The position numbers and the translations under genes are program-made. Below, in pieces: positions 63,454-64,000 of a stretch of 64,000 nt of DNA (position 1 is its first letter; every line of letters starts with the position of its first letter). Origin of the DNA: Bacteroidales bacterium (GTDB lineage: Bacteria; Bacteroidota; Bacteroidia; Bacteroidales; UBA12077); assembly GCA_050179935.1 (NCBI GenBank), contig JBFXEQ010000005.1:39738-103737 (forward strand), given 5' to 3'. A model generated the notes under the pieces. It worked only from the letters and a program-made list of their open reading frames with translations, did no database searches and was not told where the DNA came from.

Positions 63454-64000
63454 CTAAACAATAAGTTTATAACCCTTACCATGAATATTTAATATCTGTA
63501 TCGATGAATCATCTTTTAAATACTTGCGGAGTTTTGTAATATAAACATCCATGCTGCGTGCATTAAAATAACTATCCTCCTGCCATATTGTTTTAAGAGC
63601 AAAATTTCGCTCAAGAACATTGTTTTTATTATTACACAACAACTTAAGCAACTCCGATTCTTTGGTTGTAAGTTTTAATTGCTTTTTATTGTACTCAAGG
63701 AGTTGTTTTTGAGAATCAAAAATATACTCCCCTATCTGATAGGTTTCGTTAATTTCGGAGCTATTATTTGTACTTAACCTTCGCAAAATGGCTTTTATCC
63801 TGAACATAAGCTCCTCCATGCTAAAAGGTTTGGTTATGTAATCATCGGCTCCGATCGCAAAACCTTCGAGAACATCTTCTTTTAACGATTTCGCCGTTAA
63901 GAAAATGTAGGGCATGGCATTATTTATTTTCTTTATTTCGCGGGCCAGCGTAAAGCCATCCATCTTTGGCATCATCACATCAAGAATACAAATGTCGTAT
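63454..64000 (-). CDS. OmpR-family response regulator, N-terminus truncated by the window edge
   Basis: The reading frame stays open to nt 64000 ('..YDICILDVMMPKMDG'). It has 'LTA' and 'KPF' receiver motifs and a winged-helix C-domain. Confidence 0.85.
   Translation of the reverse strand, partial: YDICILDVMMPKMDGFTLAREIKKINNAMPYIFLTAKSLKEDVLEGFAIGADDYITKPFSMEELMFRIKAILRRLSTNNSSEINETYQIGEYIFDSQKQLLEYNKKQLKLTTKESELLKLLCNNKNNVLERNFALKTIWQEDSYFNARSMDVYITKLRKYLKDDSSIQILNIHGKGYKLIV

Noticed and set aside
1-64000. Prophage, integrative element, defence island, tRNA or rRNA genes
   Set aside because: I recognised no integrase, transposase, restriction, toxin-antitoxin, Cas or phage structural motifs in any supported ORF. 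None of the longer intergenic regions I inspected by eye contains a tRNA-like cloverleaf or T-arm ('GGTTCGAATCC'-type) sequence or rRNA-like sequence.

Overview
AT-rich chromosomal segment that looks like Bacteroidota. Supporting signs are CarboxypepD_reg-type TonB-dependent receptors, a T9SS C-terminal sorting domain, many Cys-lipobox lipoproteins and TAnnTTTG-type -7 promoter boxes. About 65 protein genes are supported. I found no rRNA, tRNA, CRISPR array, integrase or transposase. Main blocks: (1) 1-7320, a Wtp/Mod-type tungstate/molybdate ABC transporter operon interrupted by three lipoproteins and a TonB-dependent receptor (TBDR). (2) 7.9-11.6 kb, a metallophosphoesterase facing a VTC / DUF4956 / CotH-like cluster. 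(3) 14.4-17.0 kb, an operon of two LVIVD-type lipoproteins and two paralogous outer-membrane barrels. (4) 17.9-27.2 kb, a glycogen cluster: debranching enzyme, DUF2934, GT4, GH57 and a 1418-aa GT3 synthase / GT35 phosphorylase fusion. (5) 27.3-30.1 kb, a two-component system with two direct-repeat boxes in front of small genes. (6) 35.6-50.6 kb, a molybdenum-cofactor region: a ModE-N-like regulator, a TiaS-N-like protein, a small membrane protein, a second paralogous lipoprotein+TBDR module, HD, moeA, moaA and moaC; then an apparent insertion; then MOSC, MOSC-mogA, HD and mobA. (7) 50.6-64 kb, housekeeping genes. The best candidate for an undescribed system is the twice-occurring lipoprotein+TBDR module embedded in Mo/W transport and Moco operons, with ModE-operator-like palindromes upstream of each. 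This suggests TonB-energised outer-membrane acquisition of Mo/W, or of a Mo/W chelate or pterin. A family of about 90-bp twin-hairpin intergenic repeats and a GC-rich MITE-like element are also present. All functional calls come from reading motifs by eye and need HMM/BLAST confirmation.
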